Position numbers and translations under genes: made by a program | Notes under the pieces: model-generated | Told to the model about the DNA's origin: nothing | Database searches by the model: none | What the model saw: the letters and a program-made list of their open reading frames with translations, nothing else | Shown: piece after piece, positions 1 through 6,404 of the stretch | Position numbering within the stretch: position 1 is the stretch's first letter | How the letters are laid out: the number at the start of each line of letters is the position of its first letter | From: Desulfobulbus propionicus DSM 2032 | GTDB taxonomy: Bacteria; Desulfobacterota; Desulfobulbia; Desulfobulbales; Desulfobulbaceae | Length of the DNA: 32,000 nucleotides | Direction of reading: 5' to 3' | Assembly (NCBI RefSeq): GCF_000186885.1 | Contig: NC_014972.1 | Coordinates: 420,001 to 452,000 of the forward strand

Positions 1-70
1 ATAAGCGTATCGAAGAACGCTTGGAACCAAGAAAGTATTATTTTAATCAAAGAATCCATTGCATCAGCCC

Positions 71-1477
71 TTAGCTGAAAAGAACCATGACCGCTTTACC
101 AGTGCCGATAATGCACAGTATGGCAAAGAAAAAATTCATTACCTTCACAACTGAATCAAACGGCGCCATATCAAGAACCATTGGATCAGTTATGAAACGG
201 CTCGACAAATCAACAGTAATTTTTGGAGGATATTCACAACCGCTGCCTTCAACGTAGCCGAGGCAATCAAGAAGCAGGTTGGGGAGTTGATATAGGGCTG
301 TTTCTTGGAATGCGACTGAGGCATTCAAGATTTGCTCATAATTAATGCATGAAGACAGGCCGTCGGACAGGTCACATGTAGGGGTATACCAAGAGGTTGG
401 GACTGGATAGTTAGGTTCAGATTCGGGATCAGGTTCCGATTGATTTGCGGCGGATTGAGCAGCGGTAACTGCTGCCTGCAATGCAGCAATTTGGGCAGTA
501 GCATTATCAGCGTTTGAATTGACAATCTCTTGAGCAACCGTAGCGGCAGCTTGTGCAACTGAAGTTGCATTATCCTTGAGAGCTTGCGCGACTTCGGCAG
601 CGGTAAGGGTGGGCTCTGTCAGGGTGTCAACGGATGCGCCCGGAACCGCATCGGCAATTTTCTTTTTCGCGTCGGGCAAATCTTTAATGGCTTGCTGTAA
701 ATCCGAAGCAACTTCAGGCGCCGGGCTTACAAGACCATCGGCCAAGCCGGGATAGCTGACGCCGGGTGATGGTTTGTATGTCGGTTCCTTTGTCTCAAGA
801 CTCCCTTTCGCTATCCAAACTCTATAGGTGGTAGCTCCGTAGGAATTGACGGAAGTATCATTCAAATCGAGAAAAACAGCCTGAGAGGGAGTTGCATAGA
901 TAAGCGTAGAATAAACAGATTTAGGGTATGTGGACCCGTTGTTGTTGAAATAAGTGAGAGTCGTGTAATTGGCAGCGTATGGAGCTTGTGTGATCTCAAA
1001 AAATGTACCGTCCGTAAGTTCGAGAACAACACCGACAAAAAAATCTGATGGATTCACGGAGACAGGCAAAGAGTTAGCTTCTATCAAGTTCTTGAGGCTA
1101 GTGTATGCACCGGATGCGGAGGTTCTAACCTGATCTACAATATCAGCAATTGACGCACCCACAGCGGCAGCCTTAGCCGCATAGTAATTTTGAGCCGTGG
1201 TAAGAGATTGAGGGGTGAAAAGGGCACCAACGGCCTGAGCAAGATAAGAGGGCTGGAACACAGCGTCGGCCGCCGTGGCGACGGCACCGGAAGCCGTCTT
1301 GACATATTGGGGTATTTGCCCGGTTTGGGCGTAATAGGTTCCGGCGGAAGTTGCCGCCATGGATGCACCAATGGCAGCGGCCGCTATGAGGGCAACGGGA
1401 ACGGCAGAGTGACTTTGCGGCGGTTGCGCAAAGGTGCAGCAGTAGAAAAAGACGGTGAGCAGGGCGATCCGTTTCAT
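71..1477 (-). CDS. pIII-like minor coat / adsorption protein candidate (468 aa)
   Basis: It has an N-terminal signal peptide (MKRIALLTVFFYCCTFAQP...), an Ala/Thr/Gln-rich middle and a Cys-containing C-terminal domain. It ends in a hydrophobic anchor (FFFAILCIIGTGKAVMVLFS). Its start overlaps the upstream stop as ATGA. The call rests on position and architecture only. Confidence 0.5.
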   Translation of the reverse strand: MKRIALLTVFFYCCTFAQPPQSHSAVPVALIAAAAIGASMAATSAGTYYAQTGQIPQYVKTASGAVATAADAVFQPSYLAQAVGALFTPQSLTTAQNYYAAKAAAVGASIADIVDQVRTSASGAYTSLKNLIEANSLPVSVNPSDFFVGVVLELTDGTFFEITQAPYAANYTTLTYFNNNGSTYPKSVYSTLIYATPSQAVFLDLNDTSVNSYGATTYRVWIAKGSLETKEPTYKPSPGVSYPGLADGLVSPAPEVASDLQQAIKDLPDAKKKIADAVPGASVDTLTEPTLTAAEVAQALKDNATSVAQAAATVAQEIVNSNADNATAQIAALQAAVTAAQSAANQSEPDPESEPNYPVPTSWYTPTCDLSDGLSSCINYEQILNASVAFQETALYQLPNLLLDCLGYVEGSGCEYPPKITVDLSSRFITDPMVLDMAPFDSVVKVMNFFFAILCIIGTGKAVMVLFS

Positions 1478-1872
1478 CTTTTAGCCCCCTTGACCAGCTG
1501 CCCGCCGGTGAGATCGTCGCCGCACTGACAGCGGAAATGCTCGTCAAAGGGTTGGAAGTCCTGACCGATGCAGACGAAGCGGAACATATCGCCGCGCTCC
1601 GCACACGACCGCTCACAGATAGCGAGATATTCCCGGCAGGGCTTGGCCTGCTTGATCCGCATCGAGGGGCTGGTTGTGGTGGTGTAGGGAAACCCGCCGC
1701 CAAAGGTGCCGGTATTGCCCGGCGTGTCCTGAGCAGGGTTGGAGGCGGACGCCGAGCTGGATTGCGGGGTAGAAGGGGTCCGAGAGTAGGTGACGCCGCC
1801 GTTAGCGCTGTTGAGCCCAAAGCCGAAGATGTTCAGGAAAGCAAGACAAAGAAGAAAAAAGATATTAGGCAT
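1474..1872 (-). CDS. Membrane-anchored or secreted Cys-rich protein; possible detached TM/periplasmic part of the pI assembly protein (pXI-like)
   Basis: The ATG at 1872 follows an AGGTG and overlaps the Zot-like stop (ATGCCTAA). The N-terminus is hydrophobic (IFFLLCLAFLNIFGFGL), followed by an S/T/P/G-rich linker and six Cys in the C-terminal 60 aa. The ORF track starts it at a GTG at 1881. Confidence 0.45.
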   Translation of the reverse strand: MPNIFFLLCLAFLNIFGFGLNSANGGVTYSRTPSTPQSSSASASNPAQDTPGNTGTFGGGFPYTTTTSPSMRIKQAKPCREYLAICERSCAERGDMFRFVCIGQDFQPFDEHFRCQCGDDLTGGQLVKGAKR

Positions 1873-2713
1873 GGCAGGCACCTGGATTAATGATTTCTCG
1901 GTAATCGTGAATAAAGGAGGATTCGGTTATCGCCTGATGTTTTTCCCTCAGTTCCTGAACGGCGGTCCTGTAATATATTTGCGGATCAAGGCCGAGGGGT
2001 TCGAGGCCAAATTCCTCTTCCAGGGCGTCATTCTTGAAAAGTTCGAAGGAGTCGTATAAGTCGCAGGTGTCGAAGTCTAATTTGTAGGTGAATTTATCTT
2101 CCATCATGCCTTTGAAGGTGCCTTCACCGTTGACGATGGATTGTGTGGCAAAACGAGGATGCTTGTAAAAAAGGCCGAGCGAAATCCCGAGAAGCTTTCT
2201 CTTCTGCATGTTTCGACACCAGGTAACCAAGTCCACCTTGCCGCGAATCTGCTTGTCGATGTCCTCGGAATTGTGCGACATGAAAATTGCTTGAATTTTG
2301 AGTTTTCGTATATTGATGAAATATTCGATAAATTGGTTGTTTCTGGATTTTCGATAATCCCTGGCGTTAAAATAAAGACTGGCTTCATCGAAAACTTGTA
2401 GCCCCCATTCTTCGCGCGTTTTTGCCTGTTTCCCGGTGGCAAGCTGAGAAACCTTTTCGGCAAATTCATAGCATGAAGCCACGGAGCCAAAACGGAAGGC
2501 TCGGTTATAGAACTCGCAGGCTTTATCTAAAATTTCTTGATCGGAGACATAAGGCGGAAGGATGCGCGAGGCATATTTGATGGCCCAATCATCGACAAGC
2601 GGGTAGTTCAGGCCAATAACGCCGCCGCGACGCAGGAACTTGAAGGCTATTGAATTGACGATAGCGGATTTGCCGTTACCCATGGCACCGCAGAACATTT
2701 CGATGACAGCCAT
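1865..2713 (-). CDS. Zot / pI-family phage assembly P-loop NTPase (282 aa, no TM segment)
   Basis: A Walker A motif sits at the extreme N-terminus (FCGAMGNGKSAIV) and a Walker B-like motif follows (LQVFDEA). Size and position match the Zot/pI ATPase domain. Its start overlaps the upstream small ORF stop (TAATG). Confidence 0.8.
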   Translation of the reverse strand: MAVIEMFCGAMGNGKSAIVNSIAFKFLRRGGVIGLNYPLVDDWAIKYASRILPPYVSDQEILDKACEFYNRAFRFGSVASCYEFAEKVSQLATGKQAKTREEWGLQVFDEASLYFNARDYRKSRNNQFIEYFINIRKLKIQAIFMSHNSEDIDKQIRGKVDLVTWCRNMQKRKLLGISLGLFYKHPRFATQSIVNGEGTFKGMMEDKFTYKLDFDTCDLYDSFELFKNDALEEEFGLEPLGLDPQIYYRTAVQELREKHQAITESSFIHDYREIINPGACHA

Positions 2714-2865
2714 TATCTGAAATACATGAAACGGGAAAAGACACGAAGACCGGCAATCACAGCGATGAGCGAGGCAATAACCCCGAAAATGCTCACCACC
2801 GAGATTGCCAGCCAGCCGGTTGCAGCCGTGGCCATGTCAAAATATGAAATGGACGGCAAGCCCAT
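2713..2865 (-). CDS. Small hydrophobic virion/coat-type protein (50 aa); not in the supplied ORF track
   Basis: My translation is MGLPSISYFDMATAATGWLAISVVSIFGVIASLIAVIAGLRVFSRFMYFR. It has one TM helix and a basic C-terminus, and it is coupled to neighbours on both sides. Confidence 0.45.
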   Translation of the reverse strand: MGLPSISYFDMATAATGWLAISVVSIFGVIASLIAVIAGLRVFSRFMYFR

Positions 2866-2867
2866 GA

Positions 2868-3017
2868 TTAACGCCCCTGGATGAGACGGCTGAACATGGA
2901 CAACCCAACCTGAACACCCTTAATGGAACCGTAGATGCCCATACCGCCCGTAATAGCCAGGGCGATCATGGAGGTTACTTCAGTTGCGGCGTCAGTAAAG
3001 TTGGCAGCGCTAAGCAT
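2868..3017 (-). CDS. Major-coat-protein-like small protein (49 aa)
   Basis: AGGAGG lies 7 nt upstream of the ATG at 3017. The product is MLSAANFTDAATEVTSMIALAITGGMGIYGSIKGVQVGLSMFSRLIQGR, with an acidic N-terminus, hydrophobic core and basic C-terminus as in pVIII/Pf3-type coats. The ORF track extends it to 3056. Confidence 0.55.
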   Translation of the reverse strand: MLSAANFTDAATEVTSMIALAITGGMGIYGSIKGVQVGLSMFSRLIQGR

Positions 3018-3063
3018 AATATGCCTCCTGTGCTGATTGAACGGTTTGAGGGCCAAGGCCCCG

Positions 3064-3186
3064 TTATAGCCAAAGTATGGATTTCAGGAAGTTGAGCGCC
3101 AAATGGAAGCCCACGGCTGAAATCCAAATCAGCAGGCCGACCGCGAAGGATGATCCGAAAATTTGGATGAAATCAAATTCGCTCAT
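3064..3186 (-). CDS. Small hydrophobic protein (40 aa), pVII/pIX-like by size and position; not in the ORF track
   Basis: My translation is MSEFDFIQIFGSSFAVGLLIWISAVGFHLALNFLKSILWL. Its start overlaps the upstream stop (TAATG). Confidence 0.4.
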   Translation of the reverse strand: MSEFDFIQIFGSSFAVGLLIWISAVGFHLALNFLKSILWL

Positions 3187-3335
3187 TATCGGCCCAATCG
3201 TATTTGAATGGTCGATGCCACGATGTTGGCAGCCAGTAACCCGGCATTGATTGCGAGCAACGTGGCAAGCCAGTAACCAATTGTTCTTAGCTCTTCGAGG
3301 TGCCCGAAGAGAGTAAGCACGTCATCGGAGGTCAT
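3186..3335 (-). CDS. Small hydrophobic protein (49 aa), coat-type; not in the ORF track
   Basis: My translation is MTSDDVLTLFGHLEELRTIGYWLATLLAINAGLLAANIVASTIQIRLGR. Its ATG overlaps the stop of the 3332..3601 gene (ATGA). Confidence 0.4.
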   Translation of the reverse strand: MTSDDVLTLFGHLEELRTIGYWLATLLAINAGLLAANIVASTIQIRLGR

Positions 3336-3601
3336 GCCAAGTTGAAGCCAATAATCCGACCTTCATAAAACGATGGCATAATCTTCACCGAGACAGGTTC
3401 AAAATCATGGAACTTGGTCAAGTCGGTGCCAGTGGGAACCTCGATCTGAAGGGAAGATGTAGCGCCGGGAAGATTGATCAAAAGTTGAGTGACCACTTCA
3501 CCGGTTTTTTTCCGGGTATACTGACGGAAACCGTTACAGATGCCTTTTACGAACATCCCGAAATTCTCTTTGCGTTGTTCAGGAGTTTTTTCAGTTGTCA
3601 T
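3332..3601 (-). CDS. pV-like ssDNA-binding protein candidate (89 aa)
   Basis: The size and the position directly upstream of the coat-gene run match gene V of filamentous phages. The protein looks beta-rich and has no TM segment. I recognised no sequence motif, so the call is positional. Confidence 0.35.
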   Translation of the reverse strand: MTTEKTPEQRKENFGMFVKGICNGFRQYTRKKTGEVVTQLLINLPGATSSLQIEVPTGTDLTKFHDFEPVSVKIMPSFYEGRIIGFNLA

Positions 3602-3605
3602 TGTT

Positions 3606-3893
3606 CTACCTCTGAATGTTGAGTTGATGGTTCAAGTCATGGGTTAGGGTAAGGGGGAAGGTGAATTGCCCGATCAGCCTGCCCTGGTCCGACGGACCCA
3701 GGGCAGGCTGATCGGGGGAAAAAGTTATTCTGTTATGGCAACGAGGACAGACAAGCTGATCTACTCGACGGTTCAGAACAAGCAGCGGCGCCAACTGATA
3801 CCGCTCCTTGCACCGCGCGCAGAGAATGACGGCCACTTCGTGGAGCGGATATTTTTTTGATCCGGATATGTCTTTGCCGAGATGGTATTTCAT
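3606..3893 (-). CDS. Hypothetical phage protein with a CxxC...CxxC zinc-ribbon-like motif (95 aa)
   Basis: It contains CARC...CPRC. The C-terminal ~40 codons run through a 19-bp perfect inverted repeat, so the 3' part may not be genuinely coding. Confidence 0.35.
   Translation of the reverse strand: MKYHLGKDISGSKKYPLHEVAVILCARCKERYQLAPLLVLNRRVDQLVCPRCHNRITFSPDQPALGPSDQGRLIGQFTFPLTLTHDLNHQLNIQR
3669..3716. repeat. Perfect 19-bp GC-rich inverted repeat (CCCGATCAGCCTGCCCTGG / CCAGGGCAGGCTGATCGGG) with a 10-nt spacer
   Basis: Read directly from the sequence. The spacer adds 3 more pairs (TCC/GGA) with one bulge. No flanking U-run occurs on either strand. Confidence 0.8.
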
Positions 3894-4087
3894 CAGGTGA
3901 GCCTCGATTTTTCCGGAATGACTGGTTGGCTCTCCTGGTAGGATTTGTACATCAGGGGAAAAAGCCGTGTATGGATACGCGCGAAAAGTGAGAGCAGTTG
4001 ACAGTAGATGAGCAAGCCGAACCCGAGGAAAACGAGAAACAGACCGAAAAGAATCAGGGAATCATGATAAGTCATGGATAACCTCAC
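3893..4087 (-). CDS. Small integral membrane protein (64 aa), phage
   Basis: Two hydrophobic segments are present (LILFGLFLVFLGFGLLIYCQLLSLF). It is coupled to neighbours by overlapping start/stop codons on both sides. Confidence 0.4.
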   Translation of the reverse strand: MRLSMTYHDSLILFGLFLVFLGFGLLIYCQLLSLFARIHTRLFPLMYKSYQESQPVIPEKSRLT

Positions 4088-4287
4088 AGAATTCGTAATT
4101 TGTTGAGTTCGTACTGAAGAATGTCGGCGGTAAGGTTGCGAAAGGCTTCGGCATAATCGGAACCGATTTGGATATCGCCGTAATTGGTGTGAATGGTGAA
4201 CCCGCTCATCATGTCGGGAACTTGCCGGGTGAGGGCGTATTTCAGTTTTTTAATGGTCGGTTCGTCGGTGGAAGTGATGGTTGGCAT
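4084..4287 (-). CDS. Hypothetical phage protein (67 aa from the ATG at 4287)
   Basis: It is the first gene of the minus-strand operon. The ORF-track N-terminal extension to 4371 is AT-rich, low-complexity and covers operator-like palindromes, so I prefer the internal start MPTITSTDEP. Confidence 0.4.
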   Translation of the reverse strand: MPTITSTDEPTIKKLKYALTRQVPDMMSGFTIHTNYGDIQIGSDYAEAFRNLTADILQYELNKLRIL

Positions 4288-4317
4288 GGCCGTCTCTTTA
4301 TTAGAAGTGGTGAGGTT

Positions 4318-4391
4318 ATAAGTTTTCTTATTGATTGAAACCTTATAATAGGAAAACCTATTGGTCAACAAAAAAATATAAGATTTCTTAT
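4318..4391. promoter_or_regulatory. Divergent switch region with three operator-like palindromes
   Basis: The palindromes are ATAAG-TTTT-CTTAT (4318-4331), AATAGG-AAAA-CCTATT (4347-4362) and ATAAG-ATTT-CTTAT (4378-4391). The last overlaps the repressor ATG at 4390. Confidence 0.5.
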
Positions 4392-4797
4392 GAAAAGTGA
4401 ATTTGAAGAAATATGGGAAAGGATAAAGATCGAAACAAACTTAAAAAGCCTTCAAGGGCTTGCTAATATTATAAAAATATCGCAACCTGCTGTTTCGGAA
4501 ATGAAATCAAAAGGTAAATTCCCGCCAGGTTGGGCCTATTTAGTTGGAAAAGAATTTGGATTGCTGACAGAATGGATAATGACGGGTGTAGGGCCTAAAA
4601 CCTTAGAGGAACTAAAAGGAGATATGGCCTTTTACGAAGAACTTGAAGAGTGGGCGAAGGAAACGGGCAGATCGGAAAACACACAATGGTTGAAAAACCA
4701 GATCGAAAGTTTTTTCCCGATGTTCAGTGAATGGAAGAAAAGAAAGGCCGAAGGGGGAATTGCTCAGCCTGAGTCCCCATCATCAAAGGTAGCATAA
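4390..4797 (+). CDS. CI-type phage repressor, HTH (135 aa)
   Basis: The N-terminal 70 aa match the Phage_CI_repr pattern (LQGLANIIKISQPAVSEMKSKGKFPPGWAYLVGKEFGLLTEWIMTGVGP). It is divergent from the structural operon. Confidence 0.75.
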   Translation: MKSEFEEIWERIKIETNLKSLQGLANIIKISQPAVSEMKSKGKFPPGWAYLVGKEFGLLTEWIMTGVGPKTLEELKGDMAFYEELEEWAKETGRSENTQWLKNQIESFFPMFSEWKKRKAEGGIAQPESPSSKVA

Positions 4798-4867
4798 AAA
4801 GTGTTTAAAAGTTGTAAAATTTCAAGTTGTTACAACGTGGTGTTAAAGCAATATAATGAGGTAACTT

Positions 4868-5311
4868 GTGACCGTTTTGAATCCTAACGACAACTTTTCA
4901 GGCAAAAGAAGTGAAGATTTAACCGGGTACAAATTCACAAAATACGGCGAAAAAAATGTATCAAACGTCAAATGGACCTATGATTTTACCCCGTTAAAAA
5001 AATGGGCTTTATTCATCCTAAGCGCTTGTTTCGTTGGAGCCTTGGGAGCATTATTGATTGGACAAAGACAAAAGATTGAACAGCAAAAAGAAATAGCCAT
5101 CGAAGCGCAAGATGCGCGAAAACATTATCTCCAAAAGATACTTGAGGACGTCAAGCAACAAACCATAGCTGAAGAGCGCCGGAAAAGCATGGCAACCGAA
5201 AACACAGTCGTTGAACCAGCAAAACAACAGCAACCTCGAGGCAAGAAACTGTACAGCTGGGTTAACGAAAATGGTCAAACTGTTTATTCAAATAAGCCGA
5301 AACCAGAATGA
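4868..5311 (+). CDS. Membrane-anchored coiled-coil protein with a DUF4124-like C-terminus (147 aa)
   Basis: A GTG start is preceded by GAGGT. It has one TM segment (WALFILSACFVGALGALLIG), a charged helical region, and the C-terminal motif KLYSWVNENGQTVYSNKP. Confidence 0.5.
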   Translation: MTVLNPNDNFSGKRSEDLTGYKFTKYGEKNVSNVKWTYDFTPLKKWALFILSACFVGALGALLIGQRQKIEQQKEIAIEAQDARKHYLQKILEDVKQQTIAEERRKSMATENTVVEPAKQQQPRGKKLYSWVNENGQTVYSNKPKPE

Positions 5312-5322
5312 ACGTTACCGAA

Positions 5323-5604
5323 TCAGGCCGGTTCAAGCTCCAGGTGAACACGCCGACCTAAAGCCGTTGCAATGTTCACTAAAGCATCCAAGGAGAAACG
5401 AGAGACACGACCACGCAATAAATCATTGATACGGGGTTGAGTCACACCGCAATGCAAGGCGGCATCGGCCTGCTTCCATTCATTGGCTTTAATAATGGCT
5501 GCAATCTGGCGCATCAGTTCAGCCCTTGCCCGAAGATTGGCAGCCTGTTCCGGTGTGTCGGTTAATGCATCCCAAATATTGTTATAGGTTTCCATTTCGA
5601 TCAT
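5323..5604 (-). CDS. higA: HigA-type XRE-family antitoxin (93 aa)
   Basis: It carries an HTH (QADAALHCGVTQPRINDLLRG) and the SLDALVNIATALG tail typical of this antitoxin family. It overlaps the toxin stop by 4 nt. Confidence 0.7.
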   Translation of the reverse strand: MIEMETYNNIWDALTDTPEQAANLRARAELMRQIAAIIKANEWKQADAALHCGVTQPRINDLLRGRVSRFSLDALVNIATALGRRVHLELEPA

Positions 5605-5933
5605 TTGAACACCTTCATCAGTTCAGAGTATCGGAATTTAGCAAGGTCGATATCCTTTCTTGAAGTTGCTTGCGTTTTCTTCTGAAATGCGTGGAGCACA
5701 AACACCGCGTCAGCAAGCCTTGCAGTATAGATAATGCGGAAAGTTCCGGATTCATCCCAGATGCGAATTTCTTCTACTCCTTTGCCGATAGAAGGCATGG
5801 GCTTAAAATCATCTGGCTGTTCCCCTCGTTGCACCTTATCAAGCTGATAACCGGAATCCTGCCGGGCACCCTCCGGAAAGGAACGTAAGCACTTCAAAGA
5901 ATCCCCGAGAAATCGAATCACTTTCATAAACAA
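5601..5933 (-). CDS. higB: HigB / RelE-superfamily toxin (Gp49-like, 110 aa)
   Basis: The motifs GVEEIRIWDESGTFRIIYTARLADAVFVLHAFQKKTQ are typical of phage Gp49/HigB-like toxins. The toxin-first gene order matches HigBA. Confidence 0.7.
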   Translation of the reverse strand: MFMKVIRFLGDSLKCLRSFPEGARQDSGYQLDKVQRGEQPDDFKPMPSIGKGVEEIRIWDESGTFRIIYTARLADAVFVLHAFQKKTQATSRKDIDLAKFRYSELMKVFK

Positions 5934-6100
5934 ATTATATTCAATTGGATATAAAAAAACAAGCTTAAATGTGTCCCGAAAGCCTTGAAGCTGAAGGATT
6001 TTTGAAGGACATTTTCCCCCAAAAATAAGGAAAAGAAAAGAGCTGTGTGGAGAAAAATATAATAAAAATAGCTATATAGATCGGGAAAGCGTGCTGTTTT

Positions 6101-6148
6101 GCGGCCTTTCACGCCGGCAACACCGGTTCAAATCCGGTTGGGGACGCC
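6101..6148 (+). other. 3' fragment of tRNA-Glu(UUC): anticodon loop, variable loop, T-arm, acceptor 3' strand and CCA; attR-like remnant
   Basis: cggc-CTTTCAC-gccgg-caac-accgg-TTCAAAT-ccggt-tggggac-g-cca parallels the 3' two-thirds of bacterial tRNA-Glu (which ends ...GGGGACGCCA). No GTCCCCA 5' acceptor strand or D-arm lies upstream. Confidence 0.7.
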
Positions 6149-6155
6149 AAAATAT

Positions 6156-6192
6156 CAGCCTGTTAGCTCTCGCCAGCTAGCAGGCTTTTTTT
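6156..6192 (+). terminator. Rho-independent terminator downstream of the tRNA fragment
   Basis: The stem AGCCTGTTAGCT / AGCTAGCAGGCT is 12 bp with one G-U pair. The loop is CTCGCC, and a run of 7 T follows. Confidence 0.8.
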
Positions 6193-6404
6193 GTTGGTGA
6201 GTCACAAGTGACTTGTCCTCCTTTCAAAATACACAATGAGGGCAAACAGACTTCAGCAGGTGAATATATTGCGTTCCCCTTTTTCGTGCCTGCTGGTCAA
6301 AATTTCAATCCTTTCATTCTTTCCTTTGCAAATCCTGTAACTTGACGGTATTGCTTGCACACTAGACCGATTGTTCCCCCGCATCCCGCCGGGTGAGGAC
6401 CGCC

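Larger units (their letters stand above)
1..6148. mobile_element. Right-hand portion of an integrated filamentous (inovirus-like) prophage; left end lies outside the window
   Basis: The gene set is typical of Inoviridae: a Zot/pI ATPase, a run of 40-50 aa hydrophobic coat-type ORFs, a pIII-like protein with signal peptide and C-terminal anchor, and a CI-type repressor. GC is visibly lower and patchier than after 6150 (15/60 G+C at 2281-2340 by my count). The region ends at a tRNA-Glu 3' fragment. Confidence 0.7.

Noticed and set aside
1173-1820. 215-aa minus-strand ORF and other alternative-frame ORFs (325..570, 1135..1371, 1190..1528 and 1537..1890) in the phage tail region
   Set aside because: They are out of frame with, or antisense to, the pIII-like and TM/Cys-rich genes, which are linked by start/stop overlaps. 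Their translations are Pro/Arg/Ser-rich.
5924-6112. 62-aa minus-strand ORF bridging the phage end and the tRNA fragment
   Set aside because: It is AT-rich, low-complexity and Phe/Leu-rich, and it runs into the tRNA-derived sequence. It is most likely non-coding att-flanking DNA.
6073-6148. A complete tRNA gene ending at the CCA at 6148
   Set aside because: The acceptor 3' strand TGGGGAC requires GTCCCCA about 70 nt upstream. The sequence there (atatagatcgggaaagcgtgctgttttg) has neither that strand nor a D-arm, and the anticodon stem breaks at 6100. Only a 3' fragment is present.
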